A stretch of 55,414 bases of DNA, counting the filler, from Ionaspis alba (taxonomy: Eukaryota), in NCBI GenBank assembly GCA_964255285.1. It is 2 parts of 2 records of this genome, joined end to end, with 100 filler letters (N's around TTAATTAATTAA, not from the genome) between each part and the next. Parts side by side here need not be neighbours in the genome. Positions count along the whole stretch, not along the records: positions 1 to 27,671 come from CAXUUL010000134.1; 1 more part is not named here. The stretch is one strand, 5' to 3'. The notes beneath the pieces are model-generated. The model was not told the origin of the DNA and ran no database searches. It was given only the letters and a program-made list of their open reading frames with translations. Made by a program: the position numbers and the translations under genes. Positions 12,953 through 24,529 of the stretch are shown piece after piece. Numbering within the stretch: the first letter of the stretch is position 1; every line of letters starts with the position of its first letter.

Positions 12953-13192
12953 TAGTTTATTCTTTTGTGAACATATTTGGGCTGGAGGACTTATAATTTT
13001 ATCTCTGGTTCCCAACAGGAGAAGACTGCTTACCTAGCTACCCCTGTCGGTCTTGGCATCACAAGTCTCGACGTCCAAAAAGTTACCCGTCAGAAGACAT
13101 CGATTTAAAATCTATTACATCTGTAAACTCCGCAATTCATCAGAGTCTGTTACCGAGTCCTCCACGCACGTCTTGCCAGCACCACTGATATC

Positions 13193-13792
13193 ATGGTCCA
13201 ACTTGAAGAGGTTGAGGATGAGGAGTTCGATAGAGTACACGAAGGCGAAAAGGACTTTAACGACGACGACGATTTTACTGACACGGGTACGGTGCTAATC
13301 CCCAGCTTCTCTCCTTTCGTTCTCTCTCTCGACTCTCATTCTGCCAAGTGAACACGACGCCTTGCCCACAGCCAAAGCTAATCCGTTTTCCCGCATTCAG
13401 ATTCTGAAATCTCAACCGACTCTGACTACCCCAGCGAAACGCTCTCGGATCGCCTCCTAGCCCTCCGTGACATCCTTCCACCCTCCGCCCGCCGGCAACT
13501 AGCCTCTGGATTCGAGACCGCAAAGGGCCTCTTCAAAAGTGGATTGCTTCTAGGAGGCAAGACAATGTGGGTGGTGAGCACGAGCGCACTGCTACTAGGT
13601 GTGCCATTCGCCTTGGCGTTGGTAGAAGAACAGCAGGTTATGGAGATGGAGAAAGAGCAACGAATGAGGGAGATGGGTGGCGAGGTGAGTCTGTGCTGGT
13701 TTCTAGAGAGAGATTGGAGGCTAACATGGGACTAGCTTTTGACGCCGGGAGCGACGAGTCAGACAGAGCAGGGGGCAAAGCCAGCTTTGTAA
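13193..13792 (+). CDS. TOM22: Mitochondrial import receptor Tom22
   Basis: MVQLEEVEDEEF..DDDDFTDT|DSEIS..ETLSDRLLALRDILPP..GGKTMWVVSTSALLLGVPFALALVEEQQVMEMEKEQ. Introns about 13287-13400 and 13685-13735. Confidence 0.94.
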
Positions 13793-13854
13793 GATATGTA
13801 TAGGGATGCATGGAACGAAAGCGATGGTGAGCGCGGTGGCAAGGTTACTTGAGT

Positions 13855-13863
13855 TGTATAATA
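13855..13863 (+). promoter_or_regulatory. Puf-type 3'UTR element TGTATAATA (TOM22)
   Basis: Identical to the element downstream of MAS2. Confidence 0.45.
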
Positions 13864-14453
13864 TTATTCCCTCCTCTGGGTAAGGAAATGGCCAAAGTTC
13901 ATATTTAATGTTGTATCAATGACCCAGATCACGATATGTCGGGTTCAAATGCTATAACTCATACCATTCCCGGTAAATCTTTTTTTAGAGATATTGAGTG
14001 AATGCACATCCAGACGATGACTTGACCAGATATACGCTGGTACTATGTGCCGCTTTCATTAATCGAATCCGTCTTCCCAACCTTAGATATCTTGGCCCCC
14101 TTGCCTTTATAATTTCTCATTACAGAGCGCGCTGTCCCTACACCGCTCTGTCCCGCTGCTTTAACGGGAGCTAGATCTGAGTGGATACGATGACAATGAA
14201 GCCCAACTTCTAGGCTCTACGGATTGCGGATCCGGTTGCCATTCAGAGAACATGTGTAGCGTCATGTGAAAACTTAGAGTACCTTCGCTAATGGCCGTTG
14301 ATCTTGATAGTGTCCTCGGACCAGTGGAAGCCTCAAGCGGCACGTTCCAGGATTGATGATGTAGGCAGGTCATGACGCTGGCTTGACGTCTGGCACAGTA
14401 TACTTGATCTGTTCGCTCTCATAAACCCTGTGTTCTCCTATGAACAAGATCTT

Positions 14454-15267
14454 TCAGGACAGTACGCCTGCTCCTTTCCTATCCACCGCCTTTCCCCGCA
14501 TCACCTTCCTCCTCTGCGCCATCATATGGGTGAACAATACATAAGAACCTGCGTTTACCTGTCAGTTTCCGTATGTTATGCCAGCTCGAGCTCTCGTGGC
14601 ATGTAGACAAAGGCACGACTCACCAGGAACATAAACTCCTAAGATTCCCCATAGTCCCCAGGCGACCTCTATCCTTGCAACGTGACTCGCCTTCCACACC
14701 AACATGACCTCGCTTGTAATACCCACGGGGTACAGCACATAGAACGTGTTATATCTCAACCACGTCACAAGCGCTGGTACCTCCCCTCGCAGATTCAGAA
14801 CAAAATAGCTGTAGCGGATAACCTCCGTTACCGACCAGGCGAGCAGCATAGTGCTATAAAAAGGCGATGGCGCAGTATTTTCGGGGTAAATATTCACAAC
14901 ACCCCAGACCAGAAGCAGGCGCGAAGCGACTTGCATTACGGTCGTGGATATCGGAGAGCGGACAAGCTCTATTGATCAGACCCTAGGGCATTAGCCAATG
15001 AGCTCTTAGCAGAGAAGATATATCCTCGGGAAGGTTCTTTGGAAACCTACTCAGAGCTGAGTGCGTAATCTCCATAAGTGCAAGCGTCTGCGTCCATTTT
15101 GTGAATTCGCCTACCCCGCCGTATACGTTCTCGAAGCCGACAAGAGGGATAAGGAGGAGAACACGGCCGAGGACGGCGAACCAAAGGATGGCGGAGATGA
15201 GATTGTAGAGGACAAGATACTGAACCTGACGGGTGCTCGTGCGCCGAGTAGGGCTCGTGCGCTCCAT
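14454..15267 (-). CDS. PHS1: Very-long-chain 3-hydroxyacyl-CoA dehydratase (PTPLA family)
   Basis: YLVLYNLISAILW, QTLALMEITHS, MQVASRLLLVW, AWSVTEVIRYSY, WLRYNTFYVLYPVGITSE, then last exon YVLFTHMMAQRRKVMRG. Two introns. Confidence 0.93.
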
Positions 15268-15567
15268 CTTGGATATGGTCAAATGAGAGTTAATCGTATC
15301 TCCATTATCGTGTTTGTTGTTGGTGATCCAGTGTCCGCTCGAGATCTGTTGAGGTTGGGATGGAAGGGCTAATTAGGCGAGACTCTTGAATTCTGCTATA
15401 GTATGTACTGTTGATATTAACGCCTGACCAATTCCAGAAAACAACAGCCTCAATTCTATAAGGTGTGTACATTGTCTAATATCACATAAACGCTAGTCTA
15501 AGATCTTCCCAAATCATCTCGCTTCGTGCCCGTGTATCATGCATCATCAAGGGGTATCTATCCTCTT

Positions 15568-17044
15568 CTAGTCCACGATAATAGGCTCCTCGCCCGCTAC
15601 CACTTCCTCTTTCTTCAAGTTCTTGTTCTTGTGAGAGCTGTCTGTATGGCCAAAGCTCTTGCCCTCTCCGAAGTTCTCTCCTTGCATCTTGTTCGCCTCA
15701 CTGGTATCATACCACCCAGGCTCGACCCACTCTAGAATCAGATTCTTCGCTCGCTCTCGCATAGCGTAATAGTTCGGATTCTCTCGAGGAGCGAACATGC
15801 TCATGTGTGCTATCGTCTCATCTTTGGCCTTGCTGTTTGTCATTCCATAAAAGAAGGGTTTCCAATCCTTGCTGGCTGGGATATTACAAAACGTCCTTTT
15901 GTCTCCTTGAGCAATGCCTCCCACTTCGACAAATCCTCCGGCCACAACCTTGCCTGGTTTTTCCTGGCGTTTTCCAAGAACGGTGTATAAGTCAGTAAAA
16001 CCTATCCCTTTCTCTTGCTTGAGCTTTGACATCTGACTCATCCTGCTCTTCAATTCCTCTCCTCGCAGAAGGCAGCCAACAAACTCTAAATGAGAACCAA
16101 CCCAACTCCAGCTCTCAGTGATAGCATCGCGCTTGACATATGCCGCTGCACCACCTGCTGCTACCGCTCCTGCTGCACCTGCGAACATTGCATACTTACC
16201 CCAACGTTGCCATGCGGGAGTGGCGGCCGCATCAGCGCTCGCTGCAGTGGCTGCCATGGCATCTTTCGCAGCTCCAGGACCTATTAGTAATGCCTTAGGT
16301 GAGGGACTTTGTGGTTTCTTTGGGGACGAAGCACCGCTTCCCCAGCCGAACAACCCTGCAACCTCAGAAGCAGCACTGTAGGCGGATGAAGCTGTATTAT
16401 AGTGTTGTTCTGCTCCATGAGCCACGACACCTGGTGATATGCCGAGGTATGGGGTGTCGAAGGCCAATACACCTTGGATAAAGGGGAACATGAAGGTGTT
16501 GAGAGATGATGACGAAGACGATGGTCGCGACTTCACAGAATTCCTAGCGCTAGATACTTTACTTGATATCTTGTCCTCGTTGAGAATGGCTATTGTGGTG
16601 TCGGCTGCGACGATGCCACCCATAGAATGGCCAAGGAGGATGACACGGACCGAAGGATCGATTGTGGGAGATGGAGTCCCAGCAGCGACCTCGAGATCAA
16701 TCACCACATTCTGTAGCCTGCAACGTATCGAGATGTAAGTCATGGTGTCCTCTCGTGCTCTGGAACGACCGACGAATCGCCGCAATGTGATCTACTAACC
16801 ATTCTCGGAATCTCCCAACGCATTCTTTTAGGTCGCCACGAGTCTCAAATTTAGGATAGGTTACCGCAGACACTGAAATATTGGGGAGCGCATGGCTGAC
16901 GAGCGCTCGAAGGTGCTCGGGGAAGTCACCAAAGGTGTCATCTCCTCCCTAAGTCACGGTCAGTCAGGAGTCCTCCCATTTAACGCGCGCAAGACCTCTC
17001 ACCTTAAAGCCGTGTATGAAGCACAGCAATAATGTCTTGTGCAT
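15568..17044 (-). CDS. DUF676/PGAP1-like alpha/beta hydrolase (putative lipase)
   Basis: MHKTLLLCFIHGFK|GGDDTF..; nucleophile motif ILLGHSMGGIVAAD; LAFDTPYLG; C-terminal AHMSMF. Confidence 0.85.
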
Positions 17045-17249
17045 CCTGTAGAATGTTCTTGCATGGTCGTTGAGAGTAGAGAATTTTGAAGTTGAGCATG
17101 TTGGAAGGAGAATGTGACGCAACAGCCTGGTGGTTTCGGGGCCAGCCCCNNNNNNNNNNNNNNNNNNNNNNNNNNNNNNNNNNNNNNNNNNNNNNNNNNN
17201 NNNNNNNNNNNNNNNNNNNNNNNNNNNNNNNNNNNNNNNNNNNNNNNNN

Positions 17250-18299
17250 GAGAAGACAGTGGTCGAAGGCAAAGAGGCGATTGGGGGCCATCCGCCTTCC
17301 GCTGGCCACAAGAGGAGTTTGTCCGGAAACATTCTATCAAAGCTTTCCTTCCTACGACCTACTGTAGAGCCTCGTACTACGAGCTCCGATACCATCAAAC
17401 CCAATGGCATCATTGGTGGACCAGAGAGCTCGCAGACTTCCGCGAGTGCAATGGCATCAGTCCTACAGCAGAAGAAAACGAGGAAAAGAAAGGGATCTCT
17501 AAGGAAGACAGCCATACTTGGTGGGACTGGTCGGCTGAAGTTAGAGGGTCGGGAGAGACGAGGCTCCAATTTGGAACCGCTGGTAATACCACCGATTGAA
17601 CCAACCCCGGACGCCTCGAAACCCCAGATGAGTCCAGAGTCGCTAGATGACTTACCCACACCTCGTCAATCGTGCGAAAGGGAGTCTGATTTGGATATTC
17701 CAAGAACCAATGGGGTATTACGCAGCCTGACCTTGCAAGATGACATTGGCAGCGAAGAAAGCCTTCCAGCGCCCGGTCTGATCAGAAAACCAACTCTAGG
17801 GGACATGTCGACCACGGATGAAGACGATATGCTAACGCTTCCACGAACCACAACGCTCGCCGGCAATCCCTTGCCGAAGAAGCCCACCTCATCCGGCACC
17901 GACTCGTACTTCCAGTACGATGCGAAAGGACTCCAACGTCGACGGTCCGCTAACAAACCAAAATCCCCTCTGGCAGCCGTTCCCGTCGAGCCAATCACTG
18001 ATCCGGAAGAATGGGACTACTCTGAAACCGAATGGTGGGGATGGGTAGTCCTCGTCGTGACTTGGGTAGTATTTGTAGTTGGCATGGGCAGCTGCTTTGG
18101 GGTATGGAGCTGGGCGTGGGACGTCGGAGAAACACCTTATGCCCCACCGGAATTGGAAGACGATCCCACGCTACCAATCGTGGGCTATTATCCTGCTTTA
18201 ATCATTCTGACGACGGTCATGGCATGGGTATGGGTGACAATCGCTTGGGTTGGTATGAAGTACTTCAAACACGCTAAGATCTCAGGTGAAGATGTTTGA
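17250..18299 (+). CDS. Membrane protein with a disordered N-terminus and C-terminal PIG-Y/Eri1-like two-TM domain (5' end lost in the gap)
   Basis: Open frame from the gap to TGA at 18297-18299. C-terminus WWGWVVLVVTWVVFVVGMGS..YYPALIILTTVMAWVWVTIAWVGMKYFKHA. Confidence 0.7.
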   Translation, partial: EKTVVEGKEAIGGHPPSAGHKRSLSGNILSKLSFLRPTVEPRTTSSDTIKPNGIIGGPESSQTSASAMASVLQQKKTRKRKGSLRKTAILGGTGRLKLEGRERRGSNLEPLVIPPIEPTPDASKPQMSPESLDDLPTPRQSCERESDLDIPRTNGVLRSLTLQDDIGSEESLPAPGLIRKPTLGDMSTTDEDDMLTLPRTTTLAGNPLPKKPTSSGTDSYFQYDAKGLQRRRSANKPKSPLAAVPVEPITDPEEWDYSETEWWGWVVLVVTWVVFVVGMGSCFGVWSWAWDVGETPYAPPELEDDPTLPIVGYYPALIILTTVMAWVWVTIAWVGMKYFKHAKISGEDV

Positions 18300-19113
18300 G
18301 TGTTACGAACCCCCGTTGGTCAAGTTATGGATCGTAAGACGAGGAGATCTTCACCGGTCTGCAATATGATCCTTGACTTTTGTCGCACGCCTATCCCCGC
18401 GCGTCTGAGTCTACCAGGAGTTGGCGTCACATTGCTGTTCAATTCCTCCCATGGTGAAGAGCAACAACATGCCCACCACCATCATGCAATACCAAATCTA
18501 ACCTTCTAGATTTGGGTATAGGGACCGTATTCGGCCTTGGAGACCACCACTTTACCGTTCTCATCCACGCAATGCCAACCACACAGCCACGTTTCGGATC
18601 TGACCACCAAAGTCCATCCCGTTCACAGCATTTCTTTAGCAAGGACTTGCCACTCACATCATCTCTTCCTTGCTGAAGGTGCCTAGCGATTATTTGAGCT
18701 CTGGACGACCGATGTCCCCCAATACCTTGCGCCAGATGCAGCAGCCCTTCCAATCAGACATGTCAATCATCCACGTTGTCGTAGCTTTACGCTTGTCATT
18801 CCGCGAGAGTTCGATTGGCGCGTTGCGGGTTGGTCACAGAGGAGTTCTATCTAGCCTCAAGACTCTGCGACTGGGCTTCACAGGGTTCTACAGGGAAACA
18901 GACTGTTTTCGTGGCTGGGGTTTCCATTCTGGACGGTGCAAGTGTGAGAAGCACAGCGACTTGGTGATTGTGAAGTGTGAGGAGAGAGCATAGAATGGTA
19001 GTTCGATGCTCTGCAGGCCACACGTGAGTGAGATAGTCCTTCAACGGTGTCTAATAAAGAAAGGAAACCAGACTGAGATTTACGGGTCATCCTTGCAACT
19101 TTGAATGGCGATT

Positions 19114-20421
19114 TTAAGTTTTCCCCTTTTGCCCAACAGATACCCGTCTCTGCACCTCTTCCAGTCTTTCTTTTACCGCATCAAGCTCCGTGGTCTTCAC
19201 GGCTGCTCCAAGGGCAGGGGTATGACCACCGCCTGTGGCTGGTGTGAAACCCTGCGTGTCTCCTGGAGCATTACTCACCAAGCCTTTGTCCTTGGCGAAC
19301 TTTGAGCTCCGCACATAAGAGGGACTATGGTTGTAGTACTCGTCGATAATGGGATGGATCATTACGGTCTGCTTGTGGATCGTTATGGTCGAGTTTGTGG
19401 GGACTGTGACCCAATTATCTGAAAATGAGACTGTCAGTCTTTTACTGGCTATGCAATATCCCGTGTGGCCTTACCTCGTTCGAAAGTCAAAGGTTCACTA
19501 GCAACAAGCACGATGTCTGCACCTTTGTCTCTCCGCTCCATCCTGTACTGTCCTCCCTCACCCTGCTTCCAGCTGGTCCCAGAAGAGAAGTACAGGCTGG
19601 CAGCCTCATCAGTCGTGCTGCTAACATACCGAGTACAAACGACACTGTGACCGTCCGTTACGGCGAAGTTCAGCAGACTCCTCGTATCAAGTTCATCGCC
19701 GTCCTTCAGCCTATCTCGCGGAATCTCCGCGATGAGTTTGTTGATACACTTGATTGTCTGCAGCATCGCCTTCCTCAGTACAGCATGCCCAAACCCACCC
19801 TCTCCGGGATTAGCATTCAGATCCACGCCCGCTCTTTCCATCTGATCAAGGAACAAAGCGAAGGCCCATTCACTGTCTGTGCCTCCCTGGACGCCTAGGA
19901 ACCATTGATCAGCTAAGGAGCCGGCGAGCCGGCGCTTGATGTGTTTCCAACCACCAATGTTACCGTTATGCATCCACATAAGCGGACCATGACGGAAGGG
20001 GTGGCAGTTGCTGTCCGAAAGAGAGCCTTCGGTCGTGGCTCGTACGTGGGCAAAGATGAGAGAGGAGGTCGTTTTGGAGGCCAGTCGTTCAAGATTGATA
20101 CAATTCCAGGCTGGGATTGTGGAGGTGAAGATACAAGGCTCTGGACCCAAGGCTGGAGATGTGTAGTAGCCTATGCCGAATCCATCGCCATTGTGCGGAC
20201 GGCGTGTATCCTGGTAACATGAGTATAGATCGCGACAGGATGGAGGGCACGTACAAGGCGTAGGCGGGAATCATAAGATTGCGTGAGTATAGAGTGGGCT
20301 GGCTCGAGGATAAGTTTAGAGAGGAGAATCTCGTCTTTGCCTTTGTAGACCTTAAGACAACAAATAAGTTACGAGATGGTCATCCAGTTTGAGCTAATTC
20401 ACAAACGAGAAACCGGCACAT
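19114..20421 (-). CDS. DUG3: Class II glutamine amidotransferase, glutathione-degradation DUG3 type
   Basis: N-terminal MCRFL|VYKG (Ntn Cys), RRPHNGDGFGIG, FAHVRATT, NCHPF, MHNG, GTDSEWAF and LVASEPLTFE. Three introns. Confidence 0.93.
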
Positions 20422-20889
20422 CTTGGATGCCTCCTTGTTCGAGTTCTGTAAAGCCAACGCCGCTTATGAGATTGTTTTATTCAATGAGCTTCGTTAATAC
20501 CAGAGGCGGCGAACATAGAAGAGCAAAGCATGATGAGGCTGCGACCTGTATAGCACGAGAGAGAATCTCTATGATATTGCTGTTTCCAGCTCAATGTTCA
20601 AACCGTTGTCAAGCAAACGAGTGCGAAAATGAAGATTTACGCTTCATAGGGCGGAGATACGGGTCAAAAAGGAGAAGAATATAGTGAAATGCTCCGTTTA
20701 ATACCAACAGCCACATGGTGAGCTGAATTATTAAAAGAATGTCGCGACGAAAACTCCAACATCATCCACAGTACTCTCGAGAATGTACAGCGTAAATTCG
20801 ATACCGCATTCTTGCTCAGGTACGTCCTGACCTCCGTTCCAAGTACTCGTGCAACGGCCTCAACGTAACGACATGGGTAGGAGCTGCTG

Positions 20890-23523
20890 ATGGACGCTTC
20901 TCGTGCCGTACCTTTGATCATCTTCCTAATAATTCTACTCCTTACTCCAGACACAAATCGATCATCACCTTACCAACAGCGCCAATTGGGGCATGTCCTT
21001 GACCGTGAACGTAATGATCTCGACCTACTGAATGCTACCCGCTACGGTGATTTTGATCCGTTGAACAACAAATGGATAAATGTCACAGGTCTCCGAAAAG
21101 AAGATGGATATGCGTGGCATCTGCTGCCCAAGGTGCAAGAGAGAGCTAGGGAACATTTGATGAGAGTTCTGGAGCCATGGAGCAAAGCCCAGAGCTCAGA
21201 GCAGACCATAGGGATTGGAGACAGATACAGATCAGTGGAAACAGCTGATGGGTATCCATATACGCCTACCAATGCGTCTACCAATGTCGACTGGAAGACA
21301 CTCCATGTCCCATTTTACCGAAACATTACAGGTATCTTGAATGGGGAATGGGTTCGCTCGAAGCTGGAGGGAGACCGTGGACCATCGCCTGTACTCAATC
21401 TTACTGCTCTGACTCCGGAGAGGTCGTATAGCTCTCAAGACTACAATCGGAACATTACAGGAAAGGAAGGAGAGCTTCGGATCAAGCTTGATGAAAAGAA
21501 GAGCCAGAGATATGATTCGGAGCAGTGGCAGAGTTCGGTCCGGCAGATCAAAGGCCAGATTACGATCGTGGATGAGACATCAAGAGGCGATGGATGGGAG
21601 TTCACTCTATATGGTGTTCATTATCCCGAGTCTGGGAGTGTGGTGTTAACCACCTCTAGCGACAAGTACGTCCTACTGCCCAATGCCTGCCACTTCTCCC
21701 AGGTATGTGTAGCTCACCTATATAGATTTGCCGGAATATTTGCCATGCCACACTTTAGTCGTTCTGAGACTACGTCGAATCTTGCCCAGCAGCTTCTCAA
21801 CCGAACACTTCTGAAAGGGATTTTGGATCAGGAATCTTCTCTATATGTCCGGACCTCAGACCCATGGTCCTCTTCCCCTGGGGATCCTGCTGAGAAGATG
21901 TTTCCTGTTCCCCACTGTGAATACATTGTTTACCTTCAACAGCATATTCCGTCCTCACCTTTCCCTACAGGACTTCAAACGCTAGAGGAAGAACTTCGAT
22001 TCCCCACAGGAGCAGCACATGTACCGTGTAAGCGCAGCATATTCCCGAGCGACTCTCAGCTAATTGATCTAGACGCTATGATTGCGATGTCTGCGCTCAT
22101 CTTCTCCCCAGACTGTGGATTCGTGCTTGAATCCAAAGGCCCTCCAGACTTTGCTCCACAAGATGCAGACAATCTCAAAGGCCCAAAACTTGAGTCGTAC
22201 CTCCATTACGCCAAACAATGTCTGACAGCATTTGCTCTGATCGTTGGTGGGGAGGTCTACCTCTTGGTCCGACAGATCAAAGATACCTCAACCCCATCCA
22301 CGAAGAGCCGCGTGAGTTTCTACACAATCGCCATAATGGCCGTAGGGGACGGTCTCTTCTGTATTGGCTTTATAACTGTCGGCATCTTCATGGACGCAGC
22401 GTTCCTTATCATGACTTCCACCGCGTTTCTAGCCTTCATGAGCGCGAGTTTCTTTGGGATGAAATTCCTTACAGATGTTTGGACCGTCCAAGCTCCGGAA
22501 CGACGAGAACGAAATCGGAGGAATATGACAGAGAACAATCCTGCGACGCCAGCTCCGCAAGTCGTTGGCACTCCGACGACTGTCCCAACCGTTGTCATAA
22601 CGCCTGCCGGGGTAGACTCTCTACCTTTACCAGTCACCGCACGACGGCCGACCGATACTGGCGCAACTCCTATCATACTTCCTCTAGATCAAGACCTTGA
22701 CGCGAACGATACTGAGGATGCCGCTGTAACTAACGGGCAACCTCTTACTCCCTTCGAAGTCGCTCGCCGAGAGATTGGTTCTCTATATTCACGCTTCTAC
22801 TTCCTGCTTCTGATCATCCTATTCCTATCGGCGAATGCCACAACATGGCCATCCACAATTCGCTCGTTGTACGCAAACGCCATGGCATTCGCTTACCTAT
22901 CGTTGTGGGCACCCCAAGTCTATCGCAACGTTATGCGAAACTGTCGAAAGGCTTTCAGGTGGGAATTTGTCGTCGGACAGAGTCTATTACGTCTGGCGCC
23001 GATTGCCTACTTCTATATGGTCGACGACAATATCCTGTATATCAAAACCGACTGGATCGCGGCTCTTGCGCTTGTTGCATGGGTATGGATTCAAGTCTGG
23101 GCACTTGTAAGCCAAGAAATCCTAGGACCAAGATTCTTCATACCGAATGGATGGGCACCGCCTGCATACGATTACCACCCTATTCTTCGGGAGGACGACG
23201 AAGAATCTGGTGCTACTATGCCTCTTGGCTTCACACAGGCGACAGCTGACGAAGGCTCGATGGCTATTACACCAGGCGAGTCGAGATCGAGAGGACACAA
23301 GACTTTCGATTGTGCCATTTGCATGCAGAATCTTGAGGTCCCAGTGGTGCCCTCTGGAGGCAGTGATGTCGAGGGAAGCCCGTCACTGGGAGCTGGTTTC
23401 TTCAGCAGACGGGCATATATGGTCACGCCCTGCAGGCATATATTCCACAGCGTGTGCCTTGAAGGATGGATGAGGTATAGGCTGCAATGCCCCATATGCC
23501 GAGACAACCTCCCACCGCTGTGA
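20890..23523 (+). CDS. TUL1: Transmembrane RING E3 ubiquitin ligase Tul1/Dsc1 (DscA)
   Basis: Signal-like N-terminus; lumenal TTSSDK|FAGIFAMPH and SPDCGFVLESKG; multiple TM segments; C-terminal RING-H2 CAICMQ..MVTPCRHIFHSVCLEGWMRYRLQCPICR. Introns 21666-21725 and 22028-22072. Confidence 0.93.
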   Translation: MDASRAVPLIIFLIILLLTPDTNRSSPYQQRQLGHVLDRERNDLDLLNATRYGDFDPLNNKWINVTGLRKEDGYAWHLLPKVQERAREHLMRVLEPWSKAQSSEQTIGIGDRYRSVETADGYPYTPTNASTNVDWKTLHVPFYRNITGILNGEWVRSKLEGDRGPSPVLNLTALTPERSYSSQDYNRNITGKEGELRIKLDEKKSQRYDSEQWQSSVRQIKGQITIVDETSRGDGWEFTLYGVHYPESGSVVLTTSSDKYVLLPNACHFSQVCVAHLYRFAGIFAMPHFSRSETTSNLAQQLLNRTLLKGILDQESSLYVRTSDPWSSSPGDPAEKMFPVPHCEYIVYLQQHIPSSPFPTGLQTLEEELRFPTGAAHVPCKRSIFPSDSQLIDLDAMIAMSALIFSPDCGFVLESKGPPDFAPQDADNLKGPKLESYLHYAKQCLTAFALIVGGEVYLLVRQIKDTSTPSTKSRVSFYTIAIMAVGDGLFCIGFITVGIFMDAAFLIMTSTAFLAFMSASFFGMKFLTDVWTVQAPERRERNRRNMTENNPATPAPQVVGTPTTVPTVVITPAGVDSLPLPVTARRPTDTGATPIILPLDQDLDANDTEDAAVTNGQPLTPFEVARREIGSLYSRFYFLLLIILFLSANATTWPSTIRSLYANAMAFAYLSLWAPQVYRNVMRNCRKAFRWEFVVGQSLLRLAPIAYFYMVDDNILYIKTDWIAALALVAWVWIQVWALVSQEILGPRFFIPNGWAPPAYDYHPILREDDEESGATMPLGFTQATADEGSMAITPGESRSRGHKTFDCAICMQNLEVPVVPSGGSDVEGSPSLGAGFFSRRAYMVTPCRHIFHSVCLEGWMRYRLQCPICRDNLPPL

Positions 23524-24529
23524 AGATTGCGTACCCTCTGACTCCTAGATGAGCTCTAGAGGGATGGCTCATTACCGCAGTGGGCGGTAGACATTGCCCA
23601 TCGACTAAAGCGTCAATCCTCTCAAGTTATCATACCAACCAACGGTTTTACATGCAGAGGATTTCTCCGAGAGGCAGTGAATCCTCAAGACACACGGACC
23701 AGTGCTGGCCATTGGAGTGGAATCCTAATGGTCTAACGTCCCTTCCTCCAACTGTCATCTAAACTGCTAGTGACCTAATAATTAGAAATACAAATGTGGC
23801 GCGATCACTAATTGTGCACAATTGCTTCATCCTTTCAGAGATCTGCTTGTACTATCGCATAGCCATTGGTGGTGGCACACGTGACTTCCCGTGCAGGATT
23901 GTGCCTGCCGAGAGCGTGGGGGCTATCACCAACTCCAACCTCTTCACCGAACCGCACACGGGATGGAGACATAGTCTTCAATGTTCATCACAATCTGAAC
24001 GATAAATTTCGCATGTTGAGACCTATATTACTGGCTTGGTAAGACTGCAACCATCCCCCCAATCTGATCCTGTCAGCCCAACGCAAGCTGTGAATAACAG
24101 TAACAATATAGCGAAACAGTTGACCAGCTCTTCTGCTTCCTCATGATCCTTTCGCGGCCGTGCATTCGAGATTCGTCCCGCCTCGTGTGTGCCCTTCTAG
24201 GCCTTTTACAACCTCTTTTCGTAGTGAATATGGCACATACACCCACAAGATTTCCAAGTTATAGGATGGAGGTCATGTTGTACAACATGTTTTCCATCAG
24301 TCCGAGTAAACAGCACCGCTTTTGCTGGCCGAAGGATTGTGGGTGTGATCCAGTCTCAGGCTTCCGACCTCAACCATATCTGAGTATAAAGGTAGAGCTT
24401 GAGACCTCGATAGACATCAGATCAGATCGAAACAAATTCACCAAAGAGCTAGCTCATTTTTCCAAGAACCCACAGCTTCCATCATACAGAACATCTCAAA
24501 TTCTCTGAGTCGTCAATACAATATCAACC

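Noticed and set aside
18300..19110. Several 60-107 aa ORFs and C/D-box-like words between the PIG-Y-like gene and DUG3
   Set aside because: Convergent 3'UTR region; no coherent gene model or complete C/D box pair with a terminal stem.
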